This document shows, piece by piece, positions 52,256 to 62,619 of a DNA stretch of 64,000 nucleotides (positions within the stretch are counted from its first letter, which is position 1; every line of letters begins with the position of its first letter). Under the pieces are notes generated by a model. The model searched no databases. It was not told the DNA's origin and saw nothing but the letters and a program-made list of their open reading frames with translations. Made by a program: the position numbers and the translations under genes. Origin of the DNA: Gammaproteobacteria bacterium (GTDB taxonomy: Bacteria; Pseudomonadota; Gammaproteobacteria; WOZS01); NCBI GenBank assembly GCA_011620135.1, contig WOZS01000014.1, positions 130-64,129 of the forward strand. The letters run 5' to 3'.

Positions 52256-53512
52256 TCAGACGTTGCTGACCGCCGGGGCTGGCTTGCGCACCACGTGCGA
52301 CATGGCCAGTAGTCCATTGATCAGCAAGACGGCGCTGGTGGCCAAAAAGAGCGCGTGGAAGCCGAACCGGGACGCCACCAGCCCCCCCAGCATGGGGCCG
52401 GCGATCTGGCCCAGGCACTGGCTGGTCTGCATGTAGCCATAGACGCGCCCTGCCACCTGTTCTGGGGTATGGCAGCGGATCAGGGCGCTCAGCGCTGGCA
52501 ACAGGCCAGCCAAGGTCATGCCCATCACCAGTCTCGAGGCGACGAAGGACCAGTAATGGGACAGCATGGGCTGGATCATCAGGACCAAGGCTGTGCCCAG
52601 CAGGTTCAACGTGGCCATCCGCAGATGGCCCAGGCGATCGGCCAGGCGCCCCACGCCCGGGGCCAACAACATGCTGGAGAATGCCGGTGCCGAGACCACA
52701 AGCCCTGCCAGCAAGGAAGGATTCCTGGCATGGGGCGCCAGCTGACCCACGAAGACGGTGACGATGGGCTCGATGGACATCAGGGAAAACTGCAGTGACA
52801 TGGCGGTGAACAGCACCATGATCACCAGGTGCCGGTTGGTAATGGAGGACCATAGGGGCGGCAGTTGAACCTGTGCGGCGGCGGTGTGCGGCGCCTCATA
52901 CACATACAACCAGGTGAGCAGGCCGCTGATCAGCAGAAAACCACCTGTCACCAGGAAGGTGCCCCGTACCCCGATGTGGTCGGCGAGGAAGCCACCCAGC
53001 AGAGGGCCCAGCAGGTTGCCAGCCAAAGCACCACTGGACAGCACACCCATGACCCAGCCACAGCGCTCCTGGGGCACCTGATGGGCCAACAGGACACCGG
53101 CGGCAGGGACGTAGCCTGCCACCATGCCCATCAGCAACCGCATGGCGGTGAGCTGGTAGACATTGTCTGCCGCGGCCATGGCGGCCATCACCACCGCCAT
53201 GCCCAGGCTGGCACGCAAGAGCATGGGCTTTTTGCCATACCGATCGGCCAGGCGACCCCACACGGGCGCCATGATGGCTGCGGTGATGAACGTGGCGCCA
53301 AAGGCTACCCCGGACCAGCGCACCACACCGGCCTGGGTGTGGATGCCGAGGTGTTCCACATAAAGCGGCAGGAAGGGCAGGACCAGTGTCAGGCCCATCA
53401 CGCAGATAAAGGCGCAGATGGTGCATACGAACAGGTTGCGCCGCCAGATGGAAGGAGGGGTCAAAATGCGCCTCGAGTCGCCATGCCCCACAAGGGCATG
53501 ACAAGACATCAA
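52256..53512 (-). CDS. MFS transporter, MdtG-like
   Basis: WRRNL, PFLPLY, WG.LADRYG.KPMLLRA, GPLLGG; about 12 hydrophobic segments. Confidence 0.9.
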   Translation of the reverse strand: MMSCHALVGHGDSRRILTPPSIWRRNLFVCTICAFICVMGLTLVLPFLPLYVEHLGIHTQAGVVRWSGVAFGATFITAAIMAPVWGRLADRYGKKPMLLRASLGMAVVMAAMAAADNVYQLTAMRLLMGMVAGYVPAAGVLLAHQVPQERCGWVMGVLSSGALAGNLLGPLLGGFLADHIGVRGTFLVTGGFLLISGLLTWLYVYEAPHTAAAQVQLPPLWSSITNRHLVIMVLFTAMSLQFSLMSIEPIVTVFVGQLAPHARNPSLLAGLVVSAPAFSSMLLAPGVGRLADRLGHLRMATLNLLGTALVLMIQPMLSHYWSFVASRLVMGMTLAGLLPALSALIRCHTPEQVAGRVYGYMQTSQCLGQIAGPMLGGLVASRFGFHALFLATSAVLLINGLLAMSHVVRKPAPAVSNV

Positions 53513-53572
53513 AATAGGCTATCCTATCACAAAGATGCTATCAAGGCCACAGTCGGGTTCATGCCGGATGGC

Positions 53573-54247
53573 TCAGGGTACCCGGATGCCCACCTCGTCC
53601 AGATGGCGCAGCAGGTCCAGTGGATCCTCATAGACCCGGTAGGCCCCGGCGCGCACCAGTTCATCCTGGCCGTAGCCGCCAGACAGCAGGCCCACGCCCA
53701 GGCTGCGCGCACGCCGTGCTGCCAGCAGGTCCCAGACGCTGTCACCCACCACCACCGCCTCTTCGGGAGCGATGTGCAGGCGGCTTGCGGCCTCCAGGAA
53801 AAGATCGGGGTCTGGCTTGGCATGGCGTACCTGATCCCGGGTCACCAGGGGGGTATCGGGCGGCAATGGCAGCACGGCCAGGACCTGCTGGGCGGTCTCC
53901 CGGCGACCGCTGGTGGCGATGGCAAAGGGCACCTGCTGAACCGCCAGATGGCTCAACAGAGCCTCGGCACCGGGCAGGGGTCGCACCCGGTGGGCGTGGG
54001 CGGCGTAGGCATGGGCATGCAATCCCAGCAACTGCGCCTGGGCCTGGGGGTCGATGCGCCCGCCGGTCTCCCGCAGCAGCGCCTGGGTGAGCAGGCCGCC
54101 ACTCATGCCCACCTTGCGATGGATGCGCCAGGTCGACAGATCGATGCCCACCTGACTCAAGGCCTCCTGCCAAGCCAGCACATGCTGGTAGACGCTGTCC
54201 ACCAGTGTGCCGTCCAGATCGAATATCACGCCTCCTGGCCTGCCCAT
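53573..54247 (-). CDS. HAD-superfamily hydrolase
   Basis: FDLDGTLVDS, IATS, KP.PDLF, VGDSVWD. Confidence 0.92.
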   Translation of the reverse strand: MGRPGGVIFDLDGTLVDSVYQHVLAWQEALSQVGIDLSTWRIHRKVGMSGGLLTQALLRETGGRIDPQAQAQLLGLHAHAYAAHAHRVRPLPGAEALLSHLAVQQVPFAIATSGRRETAQQVLAVLPLPPDTPLVTRDQVRHAKPDPDLFLEAASRLHIAPEEAVVVGDSVWDLLAARRARSLGVGLLSGGYGQDELVRAGAYRVYEDPLDLLRHLDEVGIRVP

Positions 54248-54382
54248 GACCACACTATAGCGCCAATCCGCGGTGTTTGTCTTGCCGCCCCCAGTGGTTT
54301 TGTGCCGGCCTGAGCCCCTGCGAAGCGCTAGCTGTCTGCAGCCCATGCCCAGGGGCCAGTGCCGAGACAGCCTGGGCGAGGA

Positions 54383-55840
54383 TTACTCTCCGGCAGGCGC
54401 TGCGGCGAGGCGAGCGGCAAAAAGCTCACCAAGGCGCTTGGGATCGCCGCGGCCTGCCGAGCGCTTCATGGCCTGACCCACGAAATAGCCCAGCAGCCGA
54501 TCCTTGCCCTGCCGATATTCGGCCACTTGCTGGGGGTTGGCGGTGATGATCGCCTCCACCAGCTCGTGGAGCACGGCATCATCGCGCACCTGGCGCAGCC
54601 CCAGGCGATCGATGAGGGTATCGCAGTCCTCCGGGGGCTCGCCTTGCTGGCACTGCTGCCACAGCACCTCCAGGATCTCCTTGGCGGCCAGTCTGGAGAT
54701 GACCCCTTGCTCGAGGCGGGCCAGCAACGTGGCGAGCCGCGCGGGTGCCACCAGGGGCGCGCCCTGCCCCCTGTGCAGCGCCAGCACCTCACCGGTGACC
54801 CAGTTGGCCGCCAAAGCAGGCGGTACGGCAGGCTGTACCGCCAGCACCGCCTCAAAGTAGTCGGCAAGATCCTTGTCGCTGGTGAGCAGCGCGGCCTGGG
54901 CCCGGGGCAGGCCATAGCTGGCCTCGAGGCGCGCTCGCCGGGCATCGGGGAGTTCGGGCATGGTCTCGCGGATCGCCTCGATCCAGGCCTCGTCGATGAC
55001 CACCGGCAAGAGGTCAGGGTCCGGGAAATAGCGGTAGTCCATGGCCTCTTCCTTGCCGCGCATGCGACGGGTTTCTCCCCTGGCCGGATCGAAAAGACGG
55101 GTTTCCTGTTCCACCCTGCCACCGCTTTCCAAGACGGCGATCTGGCGCTCGATCTCGTAGGCGATGGCCTTTTCCACGAAGCGAAACGAGTTCAGGTTCT
55201 TGATCTCGCTGCGCGTCCCCAGCACGGTGGCGCCGACCCGGCGCACCGAGACGTTGGCATCGCAGCGAAAGGAGCCTTCCTGCATGTTGCCATCGCAGAT
55301 GCCAAGCCAGCGCACCAGGGTGTGCAGCTTGCGCAGGTAGTGGCCCGCCTCGGCGGCGCTGTGCATCTCGGGGCCCGAGACCACCTCCAGGAGTGGTGTG
55401 CCGGCACGGTTGAGATCCACGCCGCTGGCCCCACCCAGGCCCTCATGCAGGCTCTTGCCAGCGTCTTCCTCCAGATGGGCGCGCACCACGGTGATGGGGC
55501 GCTCGCCCTGGTCACCCTCGATCAGCAGCACGCCGTCTGCCACGATGGGCTGCTCGTACTGGCTGATCTGGTAGCCCTTGGGAAGATCCGGATAGAAATA
55601 ATGCTTGCGAGCAAACACCGACTGCCGGTCGATGCGCGCGCCCAGCGCCAGGCCGAAGCGGATCGCCATGGCGATCGCTTCCCGGTTGGGCACCGGCAGC
55701 ACGCCGGGCAAGCCCATGTCCACAGCACAGGCGGTGGCATTGGGTGGCGCACCATAGCTGGAAGCCGCCCCGGAAAAGAGCTTGCTTGCGGTGGCAAGCC
55801 GCACATGGACCTCGAGACCGATGACCGCCTCCCAGCTCAT
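54383..55840 (-). CDS. gatB: Asp/Glu-tRNA amidotransferase subunit B
   Basis: IGLEVH, RK.YFYPDLPKGYQISQ, HLEEDAGK, NRAGTPL.E, RCDANVS, DYRYFPDPDL. Confidence 0.99.
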   Translation of the reverse strand: MSWEAVIGLEVHVRLATASKLFSGAASSYGAPPNATACAVDMGLPGVLPVPNREAIAMAIRFGLALGARIDRQSVFARKHYFYPDLPKGYQISQYEQPIVADGVLLIEGDQGERPITVVRAHLEEDAGKSLHEGLGGASGVDLNRAGTPLLEVVSGPEMHSAAEAGHYLRKLHTLVRWLGICDGNMQEGSFRCDANVSVRRVGATVLGTRSEIKNLNSFRFVEKAIAYEIERQIAVLESGGRVEQETRLFDPARGETRRMRGKEEAMDYRYFPDPDLLPVVIDEAWIEAIRETMPELPDARRARLEASYGLPRAQAALLTSDKDLADYFEAVLAVQPAVPPALAANWVTGEVLALHRGQGAPLVAPARLATLLARLEQGVISRLAAKEILEVLWQQCQQGEPPEDCDTLIDRLGLRQVRDDAVLHELVEAIITANPQQVAEYRQGKDRLLGYFVGQAMKRSAGRGDPKRLGELFAARLAAAPAGE

Positions 55841-55883
55841 GGCGCTTTCCCCGGCATTGCGCTTAGCGGCGTGCTGGCCATGG

Positions 55884-57344
55884 TCACGAAAAAGCCTCTG
55901 GAAGGCGGCGGTGGTAGTCGGTGGCCTGCTGGAAGCGGTGCGCCACGGCCAGCAGGAGTTCCTCGCTGAACGGCCGGCCGATCAGCTGCAGTCCCACCGG
56001 CAGCCCGTCCACCTCGCCACAGGGGATGGAGATGGCCGGTAGCCCGGCAAGGTTGACCGGGATGGTGTTGATATCACTTTGGTACATGGCAAGCGGATCG
56101 GCCGTCTTGGCGCCCAGGGCAAAGGCTGTCTCCGGGGCAGTGGGCCCCAGCAGGATGTCTGCCTGCTCGAAGGCGTGGTGAAAATCAGCGGCGATGAGAT
56201 GCCGGGCGCGCTGCGCCTGGAGGTAGAAGGCATCGTAATAGCCCCGGGAGAGCACGTAGGTGCCGATGAGGATGCGTCTTTTCACCTCGGGCCCGAAGCC
56301 CTCGCTGCGGCTCCTGGCGTAGAGCTCGTAAAGGCTGTGCGCCTCGGCGCAGCGATAGCCGTAGCGCACGCCATCGTAGCGCGCGAGGTTGGACGAGGCC
56401 TCGGCGGGCGCCAGGATGTAGTAGGTGGGCAGTGCCAGATGCAGCTCGCGCAGATGGGCCGAGGTGCAGCGCAGGCCGAGGTTACCGAGGATGGCCGTGG
56501 CCTGTTCCACCACGGCGGCCACGCGACCATCCATGCCGGGCCCGAAGAATTCGTCAACCACCCCCACGCGCAGCCCGGCCAGGGGGTGCTCCAGGTGGGC
56601 CATGTAGTCTGGCACCGCCGCGGTGGCGCTGGTGGCATCGCGCTCGTCGAGCCCGGCGATCACCTGCAGCAGCAGGGCAATATCCGCGGCACTGCGCGCC
56701 ATGATGCCAGCCTGGTCGAGGCTCGAGGCAAAGGCGATCATGCCATAGCGCGATACCCGCCCATAGGTGGGCTTCAAGCCGCTGATGCCGCACAGTGCGG
56801 CCGGCTGGCGCACAGAGCCGCCGGTATCGGTGCCGGTGGCCACAGGGGCAAGGCCGGCTGCCACCACCGCAGCCGACCCGCCCGAAGAGCCACCCGGCAC
56901 CCTGCCTTCATCCCAGGGGTTGCGCACCGGGCCGAAATAACTGGTCTCGTTGGACGAGCCCATGGCAAACTCGTCCATGTTGGTCTTACCCAGCAGCACC
57001 ATGCCTTGTGCCGCAAGCCTGGCAACCACGGTCGCGTCGTAGGGGGCCTTGAAATTGGCCAGCATGCGCGAGCCGCAGGTGGTCAGCAGCCCTTTGGTGC
57101 AGAAGATATCCTTGTGGGCCAGCGGTATGCCATCCAGTGGCCCCAGGACCTCGCCGTGCGCCCGGCGCCGATCGGCGGCCTGTGCTGCCGCCAGGGCTCC
57201 CGCCTCGTCCACGGTGATCCAGGCGTTGAGCCTGCCAGCAAACCGGGCGCTGCGCTCCAGGAAGTGCCGGGTCAGCTCCATGCTGGAACAGCTGCCAGAG
57301 GCAAGAGCCCGGCTCAGCTCAGTGACACTGCGCCAGTCGGTCAT
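55884..57344 (-). CDS. gatA: Asp/Glu-tRNA amidotransferase subunit A
   Basis: [55 protein letters not shown]. Confidence 0.99.
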   Translation of the reverse strand: MTDWRSVTELSRALASGSCSSMELTRHFLERSARFAGRLNAWITVDEAGALAAAQAADRRRAHGEVLGPLDGIPLAHKDIFCTKGLLTTCGSRMLANFKAPYDATVVARLAAQGMVLLGKTNMDEFAMGSSNETSYFGPVRNPWDEGRVPGGSSGGSAAVVAAGLAPVATGTDTGGSVRQPAALCGISGLKPTYGRVSRYGMIAFASSLDQAGIMARSAADIALLLQVIAGLDERDATSATAAVPDYMAHLEHPLAGLRVGVVDEFFGPGMDGRVAAVVEQATAILGNLGLRCTSAHLRELHLALPTYYILAPAEASSNLARYDGVRYGYRCAEAHSLYELYARSRSEGFGPEVKRRILIGTYVLSRGYYDAFYLQAQRARHLIAADFHHAFEQADILLGPTAPETAFALGAKTADPLAMYQSDINTIPVNLAGLPAISIPCGEVDGLPVGLQLIGRPFSEELLLAVAHRFQQATDYHRRLPEAFS

Positions 57345-57395
57345 CGCTGCGCGTCCATCACCAAGACCGCGGACGCGACTGCGCCATCGAGGCGC

Positions 57396-58785
<1,390 letters not shown>

Positions 58786-58806
58786 CGCATCACGGTTGGG
58801 GGCGGC

Positions 58807-59670
58807 ATGAGCGGGCGCCCCATATTTGTCAAGCGCAGGCCGCTGGGTGCCAGGTTGTTCATGGTGACCGCTACCTGTGCCGTGTTGCTGGTGGTGGACA
58901 GCACCCATGTTAACCCAGGGGGTGTGTTGGGGCGCATCCGTCCTGCGCTGGACGGGTTGGTCCAGCCATTCTATGTCGTGATCGATGCCCCCTTTCGGAT
59001 GCTGCGCCACGTGGGGCTCTATGGGCGTCGCCAACAGAGCCTGGTGCAAGAAAATCAACGGCTTCATCAGGAAAACCTGATTCTTAAGTCCCAGGCGCAA
59101 CGGCTCGCCGCGCTCGAGGCCGAAAATGGCCGCCTGCGCCGCCTCGACCGGCAGATCCAGCACATGGATCGCAAGGCCGTGCTGGCTTCCATTCTCATGG
59201 TGAGCCTCGATCCTTTCCACCATGAGGTCATCCTCAATGTGGGTCAGCAACAGCTCATCCAGCAGGGCTCCGTGGTGCTGGATGAAAGGGGCGTCATGGG
59301 CCAGGTCATCGCCGTCTCCTCACGCACCTCCCGGGCCTTGCTGATCAGCGACGCCGACCATGCCTTGCCGGTGGAGGTGCTGCGCAATGGCACCCACGCG
59401 CTTGCCCAGGGCACGGGCGACATGGGGCGGCTCAGCATCCAGTATCTTCCCTTGACCACCGATATCCGCCAGGGGGACTTGTTGGTGACCTCTGGTCTCG
59501 GCGGCCGTTTTCGGCGTGGCGACCGGGTCGCGGTGGTCCAGCAGGTCAGGCGCGAACCAGGCGCACGCTTCCTGGAGGTGGATGCCGCCCCCGTGGCTTA
59601 TTTGAGTCGCAGCCGCGAGGTGATCGTTCTGCCGCCCTATGACCCCCTGGTCGGCTATGGCGCAGGATGA
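58807..59670 (+). CDS. mreC: Rod shape-determining protein MreC
   Basis: TM, coiled coil (ENGRLR), G..GQV, LI.D....PV, GDLLVTSGLGG.F. Confidence 0.96.
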   Translation: MSGRPIFVKRRPLGARLFMVTATCAVLLVVDSTHVNPGGVLGRIRPALDGLVQPFYVVIDAPFRMLRHVGLYGRRQQSLVQENQRLHQENLILKSQAQRLAALEAENGRLRRLDRQIQHMDRKAVLASILMVSLDPFHHEVILNVGQQQLIQQGSVVLDERGVMGQVIAVSSRTSRALLISDADHALPVEVLRNGTHALAQGTGDMGRLSIQYLPLTTDIRQGDLLVTSGLGGRFRRGDRVAVVQQVRREPGARFLEVDAAPVAYLSRSREVIVLPPYDPLVGYGAG

Positions 59671-60188
59671 CATCTATTGTGTTCTGGGGCTGGCATCCGC
59701 GATACTGGCCTTTTCTGGCACGTTTTTTTCTGGCAGCCGGGGCTGCCCTGCTCCTGACCATCTGGCCCCTACCACCATCCTGGGCGCTGTACCGACCGGA
59801 ATGGTGTCTTCTGGTGGTGTGGCACCATGCCATCAACCGCCCGGATCGCGCCAGCTTGCTGGGTCCCTGGCTGGTGGGGTTGCTGCTGGATGTGTTGAGC
59901 GGCGGCCCGCTGGGTCTTTATGCCTTGCTGCTGCCGGTGGTGTCCGCCATGGCGGTACGCTGTGCTGCCTTTTTTGATATTTTCGCCATCTGGCAACAGG
60001 CCTTGCTGCTGGTCCCCATGGTGCTGCTCTACGAGATTTCTTCGTTCTGGCTGCATGCCCTGCTGGGTCAGCCCAGTGCCCTGCGTTGGCAAGCGCTGTT
60101 CTGCAGCGTCCTGGTGTGGTGGCCCCTGGAGTGGCTCCTGCAACCCTTGTGGTCGCAGTCACGCCAGGACAAACATCTCGGCTCCTGA
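59667..60188 (+). CDS. mreD: Rod shape-determining protein MreD
   Basis: Hydrophobic; RPEW, GLLLDVL.G..LG..AL, WQQ; follows mreC. Confidence 0.9.
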   Translation: MTSIVFWGWHPRYWPFLARFFLAAGAALLLTIWPLPPSWALYRPEWCLLVVWHHAINRPDRASLLGPWLVGLLLDVLSGGPLGLYALLLPVVSAMAVRCAAFFDIFAIWQQALLLVPMVLLYEISSFWLHALLGQPSALRWQALFCSVLVWWPLEWLLQPLWSQSRQDKHLGS

Positions 60189-60312
60189 ACGCCCCCCCTG
60201 TCCAGGCTTCCGGAGCCGGCGGCCTGCCGGGATGAGTGGCCCTCCAGGCGATTGCCTTGCGCAACGCTTGCAATTGAGAGACAATATTTCCTTTTCAGGG
60301 GATTTGATGAGC

Positions 60313-60756
60313 ATGCGTCATTATGAATTGGTCATTCTGTTCCATCCGGAGCAATCCGAGCGGGTGGGCGAGATGGTGGAACGCTATTCCACATTGATCC
60401 AGGAACAGGGCGGCACGGTACATCGCCTTGAAGACTGGGGGCGGCGCACCCTGGCCTATCCCATCCAGAAACTGCGCAAGGCGCATTATGTTCTTGTGAA
60501 TTTCGAATGCGACAACGCCACCTTGGCTATACTGGAAGAGCGTTTGCGCTTCAACGAAGCGGTGCTGCGCCGCATGGTCCTGGCGCGGCCCAGGGCAGAA
60601 ACCACGCCCTCTCCCCTGGAACGCAGTCGCGATCAGGAAGGCCGCGAGCGCTATCGCGACGATGGCGATGAATATGGGTCCGAGGACGACCGGCCCCGCC
60701 GCGCCATGAGCGAGTCCGAGGACGACCGGCCCCGCCGCGCCATGAGCGAAGAGTAA
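60313..60756 (+). CDS. rpsF: 30S ribosomal protein S6
   Basis: MRHYELV...HP.QSE.V, EDWGRR.LAYPI.K..KAHYVL, FNEAVLR. Confidence 0.98.
   Translation: MRHYELVILFHPEQSERVGEMVERYSTLIQEQGGTVHRLEDWGRRTLAYPIQKLRKAHYVLVNFECDNATLAILEERLRFNEAVLRRMVLARPRAETTPSPLERSRDQEGRERYRDDGDEYGSEDDRPRRAMSESEDDRPRRAMSEE
60678..60749 (+). repeat. Perfect 36-bp tandem duplication in the rpsF 3' end
   Basis: GTCCGAGGACGACCGGCCCCGCCGCGCCATGAGCGA at 60678-60713 and 60714-60749, encoding SEDDRPRRAMSE twice. Confidence 0.97.
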
Positions 60757-60827
60757 AGCGGAGAGCCGGCCCGAGACCCAGTAGATACCCTGTGTTGTGA
60801 TGCCATTGTTGACAGGAGGTCCCCATC

Positions 60828-61064
60828 ATGTCTGCTCGTTTTCCCAAGAAGGCGCGCTTTTGCCGTTTCACCGCCGAAGGGGTGGAAGAGATCGACTACA
60901 AGGACATCCAGACCCTTCGCTCATATATCTCTGAAACAGGAAAGATCATCCCCAGCCGCATCACAGGTACCAGTGCCCGCTATCAGCGCCAGCTGGCTCG
61001 GGCCATCAAGCGGGCTCGATTCCTGGCCCTGCTGCCCTATACCGACCAGCATCGCCTCAGCTGA
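60828..61064 (+). CDS. rpsR: 30S ribosomal protein S18
   Basis: FCRF...G..EIDYKD...[35 protein letters not shown]. Confidence 0.99.
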   Translation: MSARFPKKARFCRFTAEGVEEIDYKDIQTLRSYISETGKIIPSRITGTSARYQRQLARAIKRARFLALLPYTDQHRLS

Positions 61065-61117
61065 CCGGACAGTTTGACCAGACACCCTTTCCATAACACA
61101 GCGTAATCACCAAGAAC

Positions 61118-62044
61118 ATGGTTGCTTTGGCGCGCTGGTCCCTGCAGGGGCTACCCCAGGCGTTGGGCGTCATCATCCTTTTTGGCGGCCTGGGCATGCT
61201 GATCGGTCCCCTGTTCCATTGCCTGGGCGGAGCCATCGCGCTTCTCTATGCCCTGCAGCGTGGCCTGCGGCCAGCCATACAACTGGTGGCGCTGGCCATG
61301 GGCTGGTTCGTGCTCATCGACTGGCTGGTCTTTGGCGGCCTGGGCCAAGCCAGCCTGCTGGCGGCCCTGACCTGGCTGCCCATGCCGCTGCTGGCCCTGG
61401 CCATCCATCGCGGCGATGCCCTGCAGCATGGCCTGTATGGCGCCAGTGCGCTGGCGGCCTTGGCGGTGGTGATGGTGTTTGTGATCCTGGGTGATCCTGC
61501 GCCCTGGTGGGAAAAGATGCTGACCGCCCAACTCCAGGGTGCGCCCTTCCACAAGCTCTGGCAGGAACTCAAGACCGATCCCGCCTCCCTGGCGGCCCTG
61601 GTGGCCCCATGGCTGTCCGGCGTGCTCGCGGCCTGCTGGTCCGTGCTGCTGGCGTTGAGTGCCCTGCTTGCCAGGGCTTGGCAGGCGGGCTTGATGCGTC
61701 CGGGTTTTTTCAGGACCGAGTTTCTCGGGCTGCACAATGGCGTGGTTCTGACGGTACTCCTGGGCCTGTGCGCCCTGCTCGGCATGGTCTCGCCCTTTTT
61801 CCTGACGCTCTGCGGACCCCTGGCCGCCCTCTTTTTCTATCAGGGGCTTGCGGTGGTGCATGCCATGGCTGCCTTGCTGCGCTCGGGGGGGGTGTGGCTC
61901 GCCTTGTTTTATATCCTGCTCATTTTCATGTTGCCCCAAGTGGTGATCGTGTTGATCATGCTGGGTTGCCTGGATAACTTCGTGGGCTTTCGCAAAAGAG
62001 CCGGCCATCAACAGGCCAACAAGCCGGACAACCCTGGACCATGA
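61118..62044 (+). CDS. Multi-pass membrane protein, DUF2232/YybS-like
   Basis: Highly hydrophobic; LARAWQA.L..PG.F..EF, QGLAVVH, G.LD....FR; position between rpsR and rplI as in many Gammaproteobacteria. Confidence 0.8.
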   Translation: MVALARWSLQGLPQALGVIILFGGLGMLIGPLFHCLGGAIALLYALQRGLRPAIQLVALAMGWFVLIDWLVFGGLGQASLLAALTWLPMPLLALAIHRGDALQHGLYGASALAALAVVMVFVILGDPAPWWEKMLTAQLQGAPFHKLWQELKTDPASLAALVAPWLSGVLAACWSVLLALSALLARAWQAGLMRPGFFRTEFLGLHNGVVLTVLLGLCALLGMVSPFFLTLCGPLAALFFYQGLAVVHAMAALLRSGGVWLALFYILLIFMLPQVVIVLIMLGCLDNFVGFRKRAGHQQANKPDNPGP

Positions 62045-62073
62045 AGCGGCGCCTCATTGTTGCCGTGTACAAT

Positions 62074-62158
62074 CTCATAAGGAACTCATAAGGAAACCAG
62101 AGGCTCCCCCAGGGGCGCCCTTTGATAGACCATTGATAGACATATAGACATAAGGAGA
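62074..62158 (+). repeat. Short direct repeats in the rplI leader
   Basis: CTCATAAGGAA x2 (62074-62095); TTGATAGAC x2 (62122-62130, 62133-62141); then ATATAGAC and ATAAGGAG. Confidence 0.85.
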
Positions 62159-62163
62159 ATGTG

Positions 62164-62616
62164 ATGGATGTCATCCTGCTCGATGCGGTCCATAATCTGG
62201 GCCGACTTGGCGACCGGGTTTCGGTCAAGCCAGGCTATGCCAGAAATTATCTCATCCCCCAGGGCAAGGCGGTGCGCGCCACCCCAAAAATGATCGAATC
62301 CTTCGAGCAGCGCCGCGCCGAGTTGGAAGCCCAGTCGGCGGCCCGCAAGGAGCAGGCCGCAACCAGGCGCGCCGCCCTGGATCAGGTGGTGGTGCGCCTG
62401 TCTGCCCGGGCCATCGGCGACGAACAGCGGCTCTACGGCTCCATCACCGCCACCGATGTGATCCATGCCGCCAAGGCCCAGGGCATCACGCTGGAGCGCA
62501 GTGAGCTGCGGCTGCCCAACGGCCCCATCCGCGAGCTGGGCGAGCATCGTTTGCAGGTGCATCTCTATACCGATGTGGAGGCCGTCATCACGGTGTTGGT
62601 GGAAAAACAGCTCTAG
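62164..62616 (+). CDS. rplI: 50S ribosomal protein L9
   Basis: VILL..V.NLG.LGD.V.VK.GYARNYLIP.GKA, LYGSI, PIR.LG. Confidence 0.99.
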   Translation: MDVILLDAVHNLGRLGDRVSVKPGYARNYLIPQGKAVRATPKMIESFEQRRAELEAQSAARKEQAATRRAALDQVVVRLSARAIGDEQRLYGSITATDVIHAAKAQGITLERSELRLPNGPIRELGEHRLQVHLYTDVEAVITVLVEKQL

Positions 62617-62619
62617 GCC

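Noticed and set aside
60678-60749. 36-bp repeat as a possible CRISPR repeat
   Set aside because: Two adjacent copies with no spacer, in frame within rpsF, and no cas genes.
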